Assembly (NCBI GenBank): GCA_963766715.1
Contig: CAVYBH010000012.1
Location: forward strand, 224,001-288,000
Source of the DNA: an uncultured delta proteobacterium
GTDB lineage: Bacteria; Myxococcota; Myxococcia; Myxococcales; Anaeromyxobacteraceae
Length of the DNA: 64,000 nucleotides
Direction: 5' to 3'
The position numbers and the translations under genes are program-made. Within the stretch, counting starts at the first letter, position 1. Each line of letters opens with the position of its first letter. This document shows positions 21,640 through 33,111 of this stretch, piece after piece. The notes beneath the pieces were generated by a model. That model did no database searches. It saw only the letters and a program-made list of their open reading frames with translations, and was not told where the DNA came from.

Positions 21640-22832
21640 GCCAGGCATCGCTGGAGCTTCGCAAGGACCTGGCGCGCCACCTGCGCGCCGGCCACCCGTG
21701 GGTCTTCCGCAAGGCCATCGAGAAGGCCCCGCGAGGGCTCGACGCCGGGGCCATCGTCGACGTCGTGGAGGATGGCCGCTTCGTGGCCCGCGGCTACCAC
21801 GATCCCCACTCCGCCATCTCGGTCCGCATCCTCACCCGGGAGCCGGCCGAGGCGATCGACGCCGCGTTCTGGCGGAACCGGGTCCGGCGGGCGCTGGCGC
21901 TCCGCGACGACCTGGTGCGAGGGACCACCGGCTACCGGCTCGTGCACGGCGAGAACGACGGGCTCCCCGGCGTGGTCGCCGACCGCTACGGCGACTTCGT
22001 CGTCCTGAAGCTCTACTCGGCCGGGTTGACGCCGCACCGGGGCCACATCGTCGAGGCGCTGCGCCTCGAGGCGAAGGGGCTCGCCGGCGTCTTCGGGCGG
22101 GACGAGATCCCCCGCGACGAGGAGAGCGACGAGGCGGCGCCGCAAGGGAAGGTGCTGTGGGGCGCGGAGCCGCCCGAGCGGATCGAGATCGACGAGCACG
22201 GCATGAAGCTCCTCGTCGACGTGCGGCGCGGGCAGAAGACCGGGCTCTTCCTCGACCAGCGGGAGAACCGGAAGCTGGTGCGCGACCTGTCGGCAGGCCG
22301 CGGAGACGCGCTCAACCTCTTCGGCTACACGGGGGGGTTCTCGGTCGCTGCGGCGCTGGGAGGAGCGAAGCACGTGGTGACGATCGACGTGGACCGCGAC
22401 GCCATCGCGCTCGCGCGCGAGAACTTCCGCGTGAACGGGCTCGACCCGGCCGATCACGCCTTCGCCTCCGAGGACGCCTTCGAGATCCTGAAGCGCTACA
22501 AGGCGCAGGGCCGGCAGTTCGACCTGGTGGTCTGCGACCCGCCGGCCTTCGCCAAGTCGCAGAAGGCCGTGGAGGCCGCGATCGCGGGGTACGCCGCGCT
22601 CAACCGCGCCGCCCTGCACGTGCTCGCCCCCGGCGGCCTCCTCGTGACCGCCAGCTGCAGCGCCCGCGTGTCGCCCGAGCAGTTCCAGGACGCCGTGAAG
22701 GAGGCGGCCTACAAGACCCGCATCGACCTCCAGCTGGTCGAGGACCGGCGGCAGCCGCCCGACCATCCGGTGGCGCCCCAGTTCCGCGAGGGCCGGTATC
22801 TCAAGCTCTCCGTCTACCGGCGCTCCACCTAG
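21636..22832 (+). CDS. rlmI: RlmI/RlmK-family class I SAM-dependent rRNA methyltransferase
   Basis: PUA-like GHPWVF, GQKTGLFLDQRENR, LNLFGYTGGFS, DPPAF, ASCS. Confidence 0.85.
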   Translation: MSQASLELRKDLARHLRAGHPWVFRKAIEKAPRGLDAGAIVDVVEDGRFVARGYHDPHSAISVRILTREPAEAIDAAFWRNRVRRALALRDDLVRGTTGYRLVHGENDGLPGVVADRYGDFVVLKLYSAGLTPHRGHIVEALRLEAKGLAGVFGRDEIPRDEESDEAAPQGKVLWGAEPPERIEIDEHGMKLLVDVRRGQKTGLFLDQRENRKLVRDLSAGRGDALNLFGYTGGFSVAAALGGAKHVVTIDVDRDAIALARENFRVNGLDPADHAFASEDAFEILKRYKAQGRQFDLVVCDPPAFAKSQKAVEAAIAGYAALNRAALHVLAPGGLLVTASCSARVSPEQFQDAVKEAAYKTRIDLQLVEDRRQPPDHPVAPQFREGRYLKLSVYRRST

Positions 22833-22848
22833 CCGGACGAGCCGTCCC

Positions 22849-23451
22849 GTGGTCCTCCCCGGCCAGTACCTGGAACGCCCCGCCCTCGTGGACGCGGACG
22901 GGGTGACGCTCGAGGCCCTCTCCCACCGGGGAGGGCGACCTCCGGCGCTGCTCCTCTGCCCGCCTCTCGAGGGCGAGGGAATGGACGCCCCGATGCTCGC
23001 CGAGATGGCCTGGGCGGCGGCCCGGGCGGGTCATGCGTCCCTGCGATTCCAGCACCGGGGGCGCGGTGCGTCGCAAGGGGCGCCTGACGCCGCGATGACG
23101 GGAGCCGACGCACGTGCGGCGCTCCAGCACCTGAAGGAGACGGCCGGGCCGCTGCTCGCCGTCGCCGGGCTGGGGAGCGGGTGCAGGACCGCGCTCGACG
23201 TGGCGGTGGGCGCTGGCCTGCGCCGCGCGGTGCTGGTGGCGCCGGCGGACGCGATGGCGGTGCCGCCGTCCCTCTGCGTGCTGGTGCTCCTGCCCGAGGC
23301 GGCGTCCGGCCCCGCGGTCGCCGCGCTCGCGGCGGGGGTGGCGCCCGGGGGCGGGCGGGTGGAGGTCGTGGACGGGGTGGACCCTGCCTTCCGTTCCGGG
23401 CTCGCGCGGGTGGCCGAGCGCGCCGTCGCGTTCGTCGGGTCTCGCGGCTAG
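22849..23451 (+). CDS. Alpha/beta-hydrolase-fold protein (possibly degenerate)
   Basis: LLCPP..G.GMD, SLRFQHRGRGASQG, AGLGSG nucleophile-elbow-like segment. Confidence 0.65.
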   Translation: MVLPGQYLERPALVDADGVTLEALSHRGGRPPALLLCPPLEGEGMDAPMLAEMAWAAARAGHASLRFQHRGRGASQGAPDAAMTGADARAALQHLKETAGPLLAVAGLGSGCRTALDVAVGAGLRRAVLVAPADAMAVPPSLCVLVLLPEAASGPAVAALAAGVAPGGGRVEVVDGVDPAFRSGLARVAERAVAFVGSRG

Positions 23452-23465
23452 GCCGGCCGGACCGC

Positions 23466-24395
23466 TCAGGGCGCGGGCGCGCGAAGGAGGGCCAGCGCGC
23501 CCCAGAGGAGCACCCCGACGAGCGCCACCGCGAGCCAGGCGGGCGGGACGCGCAGGGGGTTGAAGCGGATGGACGGGTCGGCCGGGTCGATCCGGGCCAG
23601 GTCGCCGTCGCTGGGAGGAGGCGCCGGTGTCGCCCGCAGCCAGGCGAGCGCGAGCGGCGCGAGGGATCCCATCCCCACGGCGACGAGCGCGAGTGCCGCG
23701 GCGACGCTGCCCTCCGCCCCGGGGTCCCCGGCCCCGGTCAGCACCGCGATCGACCCGAGGCCGTTGTTCACGGCGTGCGCGGCCACCGCCGGCCAGAGCG
23801 AACCCGACCGCCAGGCGAGCCATCCCAGGAACGCTCCCAGGAAGAGCACCGCCGGGAGCCGCACCGGGTCGAGGTGCATCGCCGCGAACAGGACCGACGA
23901 GGCGGCGATGGCCGCACCGGGGCGGAGGTGGGTGCGGAGCGCGGAGAGCACGTATCCACGGAAGGCCACCTCCTCCGCGAGAGGGGCGAGCAGGGACGCG
24001 ATGAGCGCCATGGCCAGCTGCTCGCGGGCCGAGCCCTGGAAGAGGTGGGTGACGTCGAAGGTCTCCACCCAGGCTCGCGGGACGAGGAGGGTGGTGAGGG
24101 ACATGATCCCGCTCGCAGCCAGGAAGAGGGCCAGTCCGGTGGCGGCGCCGAGGAGGACCTGGCGCATGGAGGGGCGCCGGGCGAGCAGGAGGAACCGGCT
24201 GGGGAGCAGGTTCGAGCCGCTCGCCGCGATGATGGAAGGGAGCAGGAAGACGAAGAGCTCGGTCCAGATCAGGCCGCCGGCGGGCGAAAAGCCCTGGGCC
24301 GTGCCGCCCAGGCCCACGTAGAGGACCATCAGGGCGAGAAAGAACCCCAGGGCGCTCTTCGAGGGGGGCGCGATATCGGCAGGTGCGCTGTCCAC
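23466..24395 (-). CDS. CPBP family (Abi/CAAX protease-like) intramembrane metalloprotease
   Basis: [22 protein letters not shown]; multi-TM; start uncertain. Confidence 0.88.
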   Translation of the reverse strand: MDSAPADIAPPSKSALGFFLALMVLYVGLGGTAQGFSPAGGLIWTELFVFLLPSIIAASGSNLLPSRFLLLARRPSMRQVLLGAATGLALFLAASGIMSLTTLLVPRAWVETFDVTHLFQGSAREQLAMALIASLLAPLAEEVAFRGYVLSALRTHLRPGAAIAASSVLFAAMHLDPVRLPAVLFLGAFLGWLAWRSGSLWPAVAAHAVNNGLGSIAVLTGAGDPGAEGSVAAALALVAVGMGSLAPLALAWLRATPAPPPSDGDLARIDPADPSIRFNPLRVPPAWLAVALVGVLLWGALALLRAPAP

Positions 24396-24423
24396 GGGTC
24401 GGGAACATGATAGTGGAAAGTCG

Positions 24424-25645
24424 ATGGCCAACCTTCGCGACCTGACCGTGATCCTGGGCGTGGGCGGCGGGATCGCCGCCTACAAGGGGTGCGAGATCGT
24501 CCGCCTCCTCGTGAAGGGCGGGGCGTCGGTCCACGTCGTCATGACCCCGAACGCCACCCGGTTCGTGGGACCGCTCACGTTCCAGGCCCTCTCGGGCCAC
24601 CCCGTGCTCGTCGACCTCCTCGATCCGGCCTCGGACGCCTCGTACGGGCACCTCGAGCTGGCACGGAAGGCCGACCTGCTCCTCGTCGCTCCGGCCACCG
24701 CCGACCTGCTGGCTCGCCTTCGCGCCGGGATGGGGGACGACGCCGTGACCACGACGGCGCTGGCCTGCACCTGCCCGGTGCTGCTCGCTCCGGCGATGAA
24801 CACCCGCATGTGGGAGGGGCCGGCCGTCCAGGAGAACCTGGCGGTGCTGCGCGGCCGAGGCTGGCACGTGGTGGGGCCGGCCAGCGGCGAGCTCGCCGAT
24901 GGCGACGTCGGGGAGGGACGGCTCGCCGATCCGGCCGACGTGGTCGCCGCGGCGGTCCGCGTCCTCGGGCCCCGGGATCTCGACGGGCCGCCGGGTCCTC
25001 GTGACCGCCGGACCGACCCGGGAGCCGATCGATCCGGTTCGCCACCTCTCCAATCCCTCCACCGGGAAGATGGGCTTCGAGGTGGCGCGCGCCGCCGCCC
25101 GCCGGGGCGCCGACGTGCTGCTCGTGTCCGGACCCACCGCGCTTCGCGACCCGGAGGGCGTCCGCGTGGTCCGGGTCTCCACGGCCGAGGAGATGGCCGC
25201 AGCGGTCCTGGGCGCCGCGGGCGATCAGGACCTGCTCGTGGCCGCCGCCGCGGTGTCCGACTACCGGCCCCGCGCGCCGCTCGCGGCGAAGAAGAAGAAG
25301 TCCGAGGGCGCGGAGTCGATCGAGCTCGAGCGGACGCCCGACATCCTGGCCACGCTCGGCGAGCGCCTGGCGGGTCGCCCCCATTCCCCGGTGCTGGTGG
25401 GGTTCGCCGCCGAGACCGAGGACCTGGTCCCGAACGCCCGCGAGAAGCTCCGTCGCAAGCGGTGCGACCTCGTCGTCGCAAACTCCGTCGGCGCGCCGGG
25501 GGCGGGCTTCGGGTCCGACCGGAACCGCGTGTCGCTGGTCGGACCGGCCGAGGTCGAGGAGATCGAGGGCACGAAGGGCGCCGTGGCCGACACCATCCTC
25601 AATCGCGTGGTTCCCCTCGTCGACGCGCGCCGTCCCCGGTCATGA
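24424..25645 (+). CDS. coaBC: Phosphopantothenoylcysteine decarboxylase/ligase (frameshift near 24985)
   Basis: GGIAAYK, APATAD, APAMN, then [37 protein letters not shown]. Confidence 0.93.
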
Positions 25646-26457
25646 GTGGAGATCCGGTCATCCCGGCAGAGGCGGCCGAGGCGGCGGCGGAAGCGCTGCG
25701 CCACCTCTGGTGGCTGCGCGACTCGGGCGTCCGGGAGATCTCCACCGAGCGCCCTGCAGGAGCTGCGTCCCCCCAGGCCGCGTCGCTCGCGGCGCCGGTC
25801 GCGGAGGCCCTCCCCGTCGAGAGCCCGGCCCTTGCGGTCCCCAGAGGTCCCGGGGCGGGCGGGAGCTACGCGCTCTCCGACAAGGGATGCGGGAGCGAGC
25901 CGCTGCTCGCCATCCGCGCCGAGCTGGGCGAGTGCACCCGCTGCAAGCTCCACGGCGGGCGGACCCATCTCGTCTTCGGCGTGGGGAATCCCTCCGCCAG
26001 CCTGGTCTTCGTCGGAGAGGGACCGGGCGCCGACGAGGACCAGCAAGGAGAGCCGTTCGTCGGCCGCGCCGGGCAGCTCCTCACGAAGATGATCGAGGCC
26101 ATGGGCTTCGCCCGCTCCGAGGTCTACATCGCCAACGTCGTGAAGTGCCGGCCGCCGGGGAACCGCGACCCGGAGCCCGACGAGATCGAGGCCTGCGAGC
26201 CGTACCTCAAGGCCCAGATCGCGGCGATCCGGCCGCGGGTCATCGTGGCGCTCGGGCGCTTCGCGGTGCAGACCCTGCTGAAGGACACCACCGCGATCAG
26301 CCGGCAACGCGGCCGGTGGCGCGAGTACGAGGGCGTGAAGCTCATGCCCACCTTCCACCCGGCCTACCTGCTCCGGAACCCCGCCGAGAAGAAGCCGGCG
26401 TGGGAAGATCTCCAGCTCGTCATGAAGGAGTTCGGGAAGTCCCTTCCTTCGAGGTGA
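25642..26457 (+). CDS. Uracil-DNA glycosylase family 4
   Basis: [42 protein letters not shown]. Confidence 0.92.
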   Translation: MSGDPVIPAEAAEAAAEALRHLWWLRDSGVREISTERPAGAASPQAASLAAPVAEALPVESPALAVPRGPGAGGSYALSDKGCGSEPLLAIRAELGECTRCKLHGGRTHLVFGVGNPSASLVFVGEGPGADEDQQGEPFVGRAGQLLTKMIEAMGFARSEVYIANVVKCRPPGNRDPEPDEIEACEPYLKAQIAAIRPRVIVALGRFAVQTLLKDTTAISRQRGRWREYEGVKLMPTFHPAYLLRNPAEKKPAWEDLQLVMKEFGKSLPSR

Positions 26458-27841
26458 ACGTGCGTCGCGACTCGATCTGGACGCGCCCCCTTCGCTCGCT
26501 CCTCCCGGCGGCCCTCGCCGCGGTGGCGATGGCGCGTGATCGGCACGGGCCAGGCCGTCGAGCCCGAGCGGCCGCGCGTCCTCGTCCTCGAGGTGAAGGC
26601 CCCCATCACCACCGGCACCGCGGAGTACGTGGAGACCGGGCTCGCGCGGGCCAAGGCCGAGGGATTCCAGGCGGTGGCCATCGAGCTCGACACGCCCGGA
26701 GGCCACCTGGAGGCGACCCGCGAGATCGTGCAGCGGATGCTCGCGAGCGACGTGCCCGTCGTCGTCTGGGTGGGTCCGGCGGGAGCCCGGGCCGCGTCCG
26801 CGGGCGTGTTCATCACGCATGGCGGCCGACGTCGCCGCCATGCACCCGGCGTCGAACATCGGGGCGGCCCATCCGGTCCTCTCCGGGGGCGAGGACGTCG
26901 AGAAGCAGGCCGGGAAGGACATGGCCCGCAAGGTGGAGAACGACACGGCCGCCTTCGCCCGGAGCATCGCCACGGCTCGCGGCCGCAACGCCGAGTGGGC
27001 CGAGAAGGCGGTCCGGGAGAGCGTCTCGGCCACCGCCGACGAGGCGCGCAAGCTCCGGATCGTCGACGGGGTGGCGCCGGACCTCGCGTCCGCGCTGGCC
27101 CTCGCCGACGGGCGGACGGCCTCCCGTGCCACGGGCGCGCAGGTCATCCGCAGCCGGGACGCCGCGCTCGTCCCCGCCGCGATGACGGTGCGGCAGCGCA
27201 CGCTCGCCTTCCTGTCCGACCCCAACGTGATCGCCGTCCTCATGATGCTGGGGACGCTGGGGATCGCCCTCGAGTTCTATCACCCGGGCGGGATCGTCCC
27301 GGGCGCGCTGGGCGCCTTCTTCCTCTTGCTCGCCTTCCTCTCCATGAAGGTCATCCCGGTGAACGTCGGGGCGCTCGTGCTGATCCTGGCCGGCGTCGCC
27401 CTGCTGGTCGTCGAGGGGTACGTGACCACCCACGGCATCGCCGGCCTGGCCGGGGCGGCGCTGCTCGGGATCGGGACCCTCTTCTTCATCGACCGGAGCT
27501 CCGCCGAGTACCGGTTCGATCCGGCGCTCCTGACCCTCTCTCCGTGGGTGGTGTGGCCCACGCCAATCGCGCTCGCCGGGGTCCTGGGCTTCGTGGGGTG
27601 GAAGGTGGCCCGCACCCGGCGGGAGAAGCTGCGGGTGGGTGCCCCCGGCATGGTGGGGGAGATCGGGCAGGTGACGAGCGAGGTGGGGCCCGACGCGGGC
27701 GAGGTCTTCGTGCACGGGGAGCTCTGGGCGGCGCGGTCGCCGGAGGCCATCCCGCGCGGGGAGTACGTCCGGGTCCGGGAGGTCGTGGGGCTGGTGCTCC
27801 AGGTCGAGCCCAGGCCCCGGCTGCACGGTGTATTGCCTTGA
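26454..27841 (+). CDS. nfeD: NfeD family membrane-bound serine protease (frameshifts near 26535 and 26818)
   Basis: [30 protein letters not shown] region, C-terminal OB fold [10 protein letters not shown]; upstream of an SPFH gene. Confidence 0.88.
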
Positions 27842-27878
27842 GTGAAGTCCGGGGTTGCCCCGGGGAGGAGGACGTCGA

Positions 27879-28632
27879 ATGCCTGCACTCGGTCTGCTGA
27901 TCCCGGTGGCGCTCGTCGCCGGGTGGTTCGCGCTCGGGCTGCGCATCATCAACGAGTACGAGAACGGCGTGGTGCTCCGCCTGGGGCGCTACGTCGGCCT
28001 GCGCACCGCCGGGCTCAAGTGGATCGTCCCGTTCATCGACCGGATGATCATCATCGACATGCGCGTCACCGCGGAGCAGGTGCCGCCCCAGGACGTCATC
28101 ACCCGCGACAACGTCTCGGTGAAGGTGAACGCCGTCATCTACTTCCGGGTGGTCGAGGCCAGCCAGGCCTTCCTGCAGGTGACCGACTTCCTCTTCGCCA
28201 CCAGCCAGTTCGCCCAGACCACGCTGCGCTCGGTGCTCGGCCAGGTGGAGCTCGACGACCTGCTCTCCCAGCGCGACAAGATCAACCGGCAGCTGCAGGA
28301 GATCATCGACCGGCACACCGAGCCCTGGGGCGTGAAGGTGACCGCGGTGGAGGTGAAGCAGGTCGACCTGCCGGAGGAGATGCGGCGTTCCATGGCCGGC
28401 CAGGCCGAGGCCGAGCGGGAGCGGCGCGCCAAGATCATCGCCGCCGAGGGCGAGCTCCAGGCCGCCACCAAGCTGGGGGAGGCCGCCGACATCATCGCCC
28501 GCTCGCCCGGGCGCGCTCCAGCTGCGCTACCTCCAGACGCTCGTCGAGATCTCCTCCGACAAGGGGACGAACGTCGTCTTCCCCCTGCCCCTGGACCTCA
28601 TCCGGCCGTTCCTGGAGTCGAAGCAGAAGTAG
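27879..28632 (+). CDS. SPFH/band 7 (slipin, stomatin-like) protein (frameshift near 28510)
   Basis: [36 protein letters not shown], then LQLRYLQTL...VFPLPLD; GGAGGAGG RBS. Confidence 0.92.
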
Positions 28633-28707
28633 CCGGCCGGTCGAAATAGGGCGCGCCGGCGGGCGTAGGACTCGGGCCGGCGCGACCCGCGCCGAGGAGG
28701 AAGCCCC

Positions 28708-29517
28708 ATGCTCCGTCCGTCGATCCTGGCCGTCGTCGTCGTCGCCGCCGCACTGCCCGCGCTGGCCCGGGCCGCGCCCGTCTCCACGCCCGTCCCGGTC
28801 ACGGGCGGCTTCGAGACCGTCTCATCGCGAGGGGACTTCGACGTGCAGGTCCGGGAGGGGAGCCCGGCTTCCGTGGAGATCGTGGGCGAGCCCGGGATGG
28901 CCGAGCGCATCCGGGTCGAGGTGACCGGCGACGAGCTGCGCCTCTCCCGCCAGAAGGAGCACGACTCGGCGAAGGGGGTCCTCGTGAAGGTGGTGCTGCC
29001 CCACTTCCGCGGCCTCTCGGTGGGCGGGAGCGGGAAGGGGACGGCGGAATCGGGCGGCTCGCCCCGCGACGTGAGCCTCGCCGTGAGCGGGTCGGGCGAC
29101 CTGGCGTGGAAGGGCGTCGCGGCGGCCCTGGAGCTGGGGGTCTCCGGCTCCGGCTCGCTGCGAGCCGAGGGCCCGTCGTCGCGGCTGTCCGCCGGCGTGT
29201 CCGGATCGGGCCAGCTCGCGGTGAGCGGCGACACCGGGAACGCCAGCGTGTCGGTGTCGGGCTCGGGAGACGTCAAGCTCGCGGGAAAGGGAGAGAGCCT
29301 GAAGGTGGCCGTCTCCGGGTCCGGCGGCGTCGACGCCAAGGGGTTCGCGGTGAAGGACGCCACGGTCTCCGTGGCCGGGTCCGGGGACGTCGACGTCCGG
29401 CTCGCCGGGGGGACCCTGAGCGCGCAGATCGCCGGGTCGGGGAACGTGAACTGGACGGGCGAGGGGAAGGTGGGGTCGGTCGCCACCGCCGGCTCGGGCC
29501 GGGTGCGGCAGCGCTGA
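28708..29517 (+). CDS. DUF2807 (head GIN domain, putative adhesin) secreted protein
   Basis: Signal peptide; repeated VSGSG/GSGD beta-helix motif. Confidence 0.85.
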   Translation: MLRPSILAVVVVAAALPALARAAPVSTPVPVTGGFETVSSRGDFDVQVREGSPASVEIVGEPGMAERIRVEVTGDELRLSRQKEHDSAKGVLVKVVLPHFRGLSVGGSGKGTAESGGSPRDVSLAVSGSGDLAWKGVAAALELGVSGSGSLRAEGPSSRLSAGVSGSGQLAVSGDTGNASVSVSGSGDVKLAGKGESLKVAVSGSGGVDAKGFAVKDATVSVAGSGDVDVRLAGGTLSAQIAGSGNVNWTGEGKVGSVATAGSGRVRQR

Positions 29518-29531
29518 GCGCCCGCGGGCCG

Positions 29532-30440
29532 CTAGAGGCTCGCGCGGATCTCGCCAGAGGCGTCCGACCAGGCCCGCGCCATGGCCGGGGTGTTGAACGC
29601 GAAGCCGGGCACGCCCACCGGGCCGACCACGATGACCCCGCCACTCCCGCGCACGCGCTCCCCGAGCACCCGGATCCCCGCCTCGGCCGCCTCGCCCGCG
29701 CTCCGCCCGGCGCCGACGAGGTCGGCGACGTGGCGAGCGAGCGTCACGCGGATGATCCGCTCCCCCTCGCCGGTGGCGGACACCGCAGCCAGCCGGTCGT
29801 CGGCGTAGGTGCCGGCGCCGATGAGGGGCGAGTCGCCCACCCGGCCGGGCCGCTTCAGGAAGGTCCCGCCGGTGGAGGTGGCCGCGGCGAGGTGTCCCCG
29901 CGCATCCCGGGCCACCGCGCCGATGGTTCCCCCGCCGGCCGCGACCGGCTTCACCCCCCGGGCCGCGTCGAACCGGGCCCGCTGGTGGGGAGTCACGAGC
30001 CGCTCGTTCGGCCAGGCCGGGATCCCCGACTCGCGGGCGTAGCCCGAGGCGCCCTCGCCCACGAGCAGCACGTGCCCGGAATGCTCGAGCACGGCGCGGG
30101 CCAGCAGCACCGGGTTCTTCACGTCGCGCACGCAGGCCACGGCGCCGGCGGCGAGCGTGGCGCCGTCCATGAGCGAGGCGTCCAGCTCGACCTGGCCGGT
30201 GGCGGTGAGGGTGGCGCCGGTCCCGGCGTTGAAGGTGGGGTCGTCCTCCAGCATCGACGCGGCGAGGGTCACCGCGTCGAGCGCGCTTCCCCCGCGTCGC
30301 AGCAGTTCCCAGGCCGCGGCTGCGGCCCGTCCCACCCCCTCGCACCGGGGCGCATCGGGCCCGAGCCCGGAGGTCCCGGAGTCGTCGAGGGCGCCGGCGC
30401 CGCCGTGAACGGCGATGGCAGGGAGGAAGGGTTCGCTCAT
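29532..30440 (-). CDS. Isoaspartyl peptidase / L-asparaginase (Ntn hydrolase)
   Basis: AVHGGAG, FNAG, ELDASLMDG, GTIGAVA, ATSTGG, GRVGDSP, TGEGE. Confidence 0.93.
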   Translation of the reverse strand: MSEPFLPAIAVHGGAGALDDSGTSGLGPDAPRCEGVGRAAAAAWELLRRGGSALDAVTLAASMLEDDPTFNAGTGATLTATGQVELDASLMDGATLAAGAVACVRDVKNPVLLARAVLEHSGHVLLVGEGASGYARESGIPAWPNERLVTPHQRARFDAARGVKPVAAGGGTIGAVARDARGHLAAATSTGGTFLKRPGRVGDSPLIGAGTYADDRLAAVSATGEGERIIRVTLARHVADLVGAGRSAGEAAEAGIRVLGERVRGSGGVIVVGPVGVPGFAFNTPAMARAWSDASGEIRASL

Positions 30441-30490
30441 GGCCGCCGGAGACTAACCGCCCCGCCCGCTGGCGCAAGGCACTTCTCGCC

Positions 30491-30520
30491 TTGACGGTCC
30501 GACCGGGTCCTTCCTATGGT
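30491..30520 (+). promoter_or_regulatory. Putative sigma70 promoter of the thiolase-scoAB operon
   Basis: TTGACG-N18-TATGGT. Confidence 0.5.
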
Positions 30521-30564
30521 CGGCAACCCCCAGGCGAGACGGGGATCCCCAAGCGAGGTCCTGC

Positions 30565-31749
30565 ATGTCCGGACGTGAAGTGGTCATCGTCGGCGCGGCG
30601 CGTACCCCCATCGGTTCCTTCCTGGGAAGCCTGGCCGCGGTCCCGGCCCCGCGCCTGGGTGCGGTCGCCATCCGCGCCGCGCTGGCGCGCGCCGGCGTCG
30701 ACCCGGCCGCGGTCGACGAGGTGGTGATGGGCAACGTCCTCCAGGCGGGCGTGGGCCAGGCTCCCGCGCGCCAGGCGGCCCGCTACGCCGGCATCCCCGA
30801 CGGAACGCCGGCCTGGACGCTCAACAAGGTCTGCGGCTCCGGGCTGAAGGCGGTCATCAGCGCGGCGCAGGCCATCGCGCTCGGCGACGCCGAGGTCATG
30901 GTGGCGGGGGGCATGGAGTCGATGTCCAACGTCCCGTACTACGACACCAAGCAGCGCACCGGGTCGCGCATGGGCAACGTCGCGCTCGTCGACGGCATGG
31001 TCCACGACGGGCTCACCGACGCCTACGACGGCGTCCACATGGGCGTCTGCGCCGAGGCGACCGCCGAGAAGTTCGCCATCACCCGCGCCGCCCAGGACGA
31101 GTTCTCCGTGGCATCCACGCAGAAGGCCATCGACGCGCAGAAGGGCGGGCGCTTCGCGAAGGAGATCGTGCCGGTCGAGATCGAGGGGAAGAAGGGCGAG
31201 AAGACCGTCGTCTCCGAGGACGACGGCCCGAAGAACGCCCGCCCCGAGAAGATCGCGTCCCTGAAGCCCGTCTTCAAGAAGGACGGAACGGTCACCGCCG
31301 CGAACGCCTCGTCGATCAACGACGGCGCCGCCGCCCTGGTGCTCATGACCGCGGAGCGGGCGAAGCGGGAGGGGCGGCCCGTGCTGGCGCGCCTGGTGGC
31401 CTGGGGAGGTGCGGCGCGCGCCCCGGCCGAGTTCACCATCGCCCCGGCCGACGCGATCAAGAAGACGCTGGACCGGGCCGGCCTCACGACGAAGGACATC
31501 GACCTCTGGGAGCTGAACGAGGCCTTCGCGGTGGTCTCGCTCGCCAACATGCAGCTCCTCGGGCTGGACGGGAAGAACGTCGACGTGAACGGGGGCGCGG
31601 TGTGCCTCGGCCACCCCATCGGCGCCTCCGGCGCGCGCATCCTGGTCACGCTGCTCCACGCCCTCGAGCAGCAGGGCAAGAAGCGAGGGGTCGCCAGCCT
31701 CTGCATCGGCGGCGGCGAGGCGATCGCGCTCGTGGTGGAGCGTCCATGA
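30565..31749 (+). CDS. Acetyl-CoA C-acetyltransferase (thiolase)
   Basis: [28 protein letters not shown]. Confidence 0.95.
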   Translation: MSGREVVIVGAARTPIGSFLGSLAAVPAPRLGAVAIRAALARAGVDPAAVDEVVMGNVLQAGVGQAPARQAARYAGIPDGTPAWTLNKVCGSGLKAVISAAQAIALGDAEVMVAGGMESMSNVPYYDTKQRTGSRMGNVALVDGMVHDGLTDAYDGVHMGVCAEATAEKFAITRAAQDEFSVASTQKAIDAQKGGRFAKEIVPVEIEGKKGEKTVVSEDDGPKNARPEKIASLKPVFKKDGTVTAANASSINDGAAALVLMTAERAKREGRPVLARLVAWGGAARAPAEFTIAPADAIKKTLDRAGLTTKDIDLWELNEAFAVVSLANMQLLGLDGKNVDVNGGAVCLGHPIGASGARILVTLLHALEQQGKKRGVASLCIGGGEAIALVVERP

Positions 31750-32447
31750 ACAAGGTCTTCCCGAGCGCGGCGGCGGCGGTGGCCGACGTCCCCGACGGCG
31801 CCACCCTGCTGGTCGGCGGCTTCGGCCTGTGCGGCAACCCCGAGAACCTGATCACGGCCCTCCACGACAAGGGCGTGAAGGACCTCACCATCGTCTCGAA
31901 CAACTGCGGCACCACCGACGAGGGGCTCGGCGTCCTGCTCCAGTCCCGCCAGATCCGGAAGATGGTCTCCTCGTACGTGGGGGAGAACAAGGTCTTCGAG
32001 AAGCAGTACCTGTCCGGCGAGCTGGAGGTCGAGCTGGTTCCGCAGGGCACGCTGGCCGAGCGCATCCGCGCCGGCGGGGCCGGCATCGCCGGCTTCTACA
32101 CCGCGACCGGCGTGGGCACCGTCGTGGCGGACGGCAAGGAGGTGCGCCGGTTCGGCGAGCGGGACTACCTGCTCGAGCTCCCCATCCGCGGCGACTTCGC
32201 GCTGGTCCACGCCTGGAAGGCCGACAAGTGGGGCAACCTGGTCTTCCGGAAGACCGCGGCGAACTTCAACCCCATGATGTGCGCCGCCGCGAAGGTGTGC
32301 ATCGTCGAGGCGGAGCACATCGTCGAGGTGGGCGAGATCGACCCCGACCACGTCCACGTCCCATCCATCTACGTGAAGCGGATCGTGCAGGCGGTGGGGC
32401 TCAAGAAGCCCATCGAGCGCCGCACGGTGCGCCCCCGAGCGAGCTAG
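31746..32447 (+). CDS. scoA: 3-oxoacid CoA-transferase subunit A
   Basis: [33 protein letters not shown]. Confidence 0.9.
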   Translation: MNKVFPSAAAAVADVPDGATLLVGGFGLCGNPENLITALHDKGVKDLTIVSNNCGTTDEGLGVLLQSRQIRKMVSSYVGENKVFEKQYLSGELEVELVPQGTLAERIRAGGAGIAGFYTATGVGTVVADGKEVRRFGERDYLLELPIRGDFALVHAWKADKWGNLVFRKTAANFNPMMCAAAKVCIVEAEHIVEVGEIDPDHVHVPSIYVKRIVQAVGLKKPIERRTVRPRAS

Positions 32448-32450
32448 CCC

Positions 32451-33107
32451 ATGGCACTCACCAGAGAGCAGATCGCGAAGCGCGTCGCCCGGGAGCTGCA
32501 GGACGGCTACTACGTGAACCTGGGCATCGGGATGCCGACCCTCGTCTCCAACTACGTCCCGCCCGGCATCGAGGTGGTGCTCCAGAGCGAGAACGGCATG
32601 CTCGGCGTCGGTCCCTACCCCCTGGCCGGGGAGGAGGACCCCGACCTCATCAACGCGGGCAAGGAGACCGTCAGCGAGATCCCGGGCACGGCCTTCTTCT
32701 CGTCGGCCGACTCCTTCGCCATGATCCGGGGCGGCCACATCGACCTCGCCATCCTGGGTGCGCTCGAGGTCTCGGAGAAGGGCGACCTCGCCAACTGGCT
32801 CGTCCCCGGGAAGATGGTGAAGGGAATGGGCGGCGGCATGGATCTCGTCGCCGGCGCCCGGCGGGTCATCGTCACGATGGAGCACGCCAACAAGGAGGGG
32901 AAGCCCAAGGTCCTCCGGGAGTGCTCGCTCCCCATCACCGGGCGGCGATGCGTCTCGGCCGTGTGCACCGACCTGGCCTGGCTCGACGTGACCCCCGGCG
33001 GCCTCGTCCTCCGCGAGCTCGCGCCCGGGGTGACGGCGGAGCAGGTCCAGGCCCTCACCGAGCCGAGGCTCGCGATCGCGCCGGACGTGAAGACGATGCA
33101 GGTGTGA
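32451..33107 (+). CDS. scoB: 3-oxoacid CoA-transferase subunit B
   Basis: [36 protein letters not shown]. Confidence 0.92.
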   Translation: MALTREQIAKRVARELQDGYYVNLGIGMPTLVSNYVPPGIEVVLQSENGMLGVGPYPLAGEEDPDLINAGKETVSEIPGTAFFSSADSFAMIRGGHIDLAILGALEVSEKGDLANWLVPGKMVKGMGGGMDLVAGARRVIVTMEHANKEGKPKVLRECSLPITGRRCVSAVCTDLAWLDVTPGGLVLRELAPGVTAEQVQALTEPRLAIAPDVKTMQV

Positions 33108-33111
33108 CCCG

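Noticed and set aside
24424..26457. Apparent CoaC-uracil DNA glycosylase fusion (677 aa)
   Set aside because: A frameshift in coaBC near 24985 joins the frames; the CoaB half is intact in another frame
26454..28632. NfeD-SPFH pair as a novel system
   Set aside because: Well-described conserved gene pair
28960..29500. Periodic GSG-coding nucleotide repeats
   Set aside because: Normal beta-helix repeats of the DUF2807 protein, not a CRISPR array or DNA repeat element
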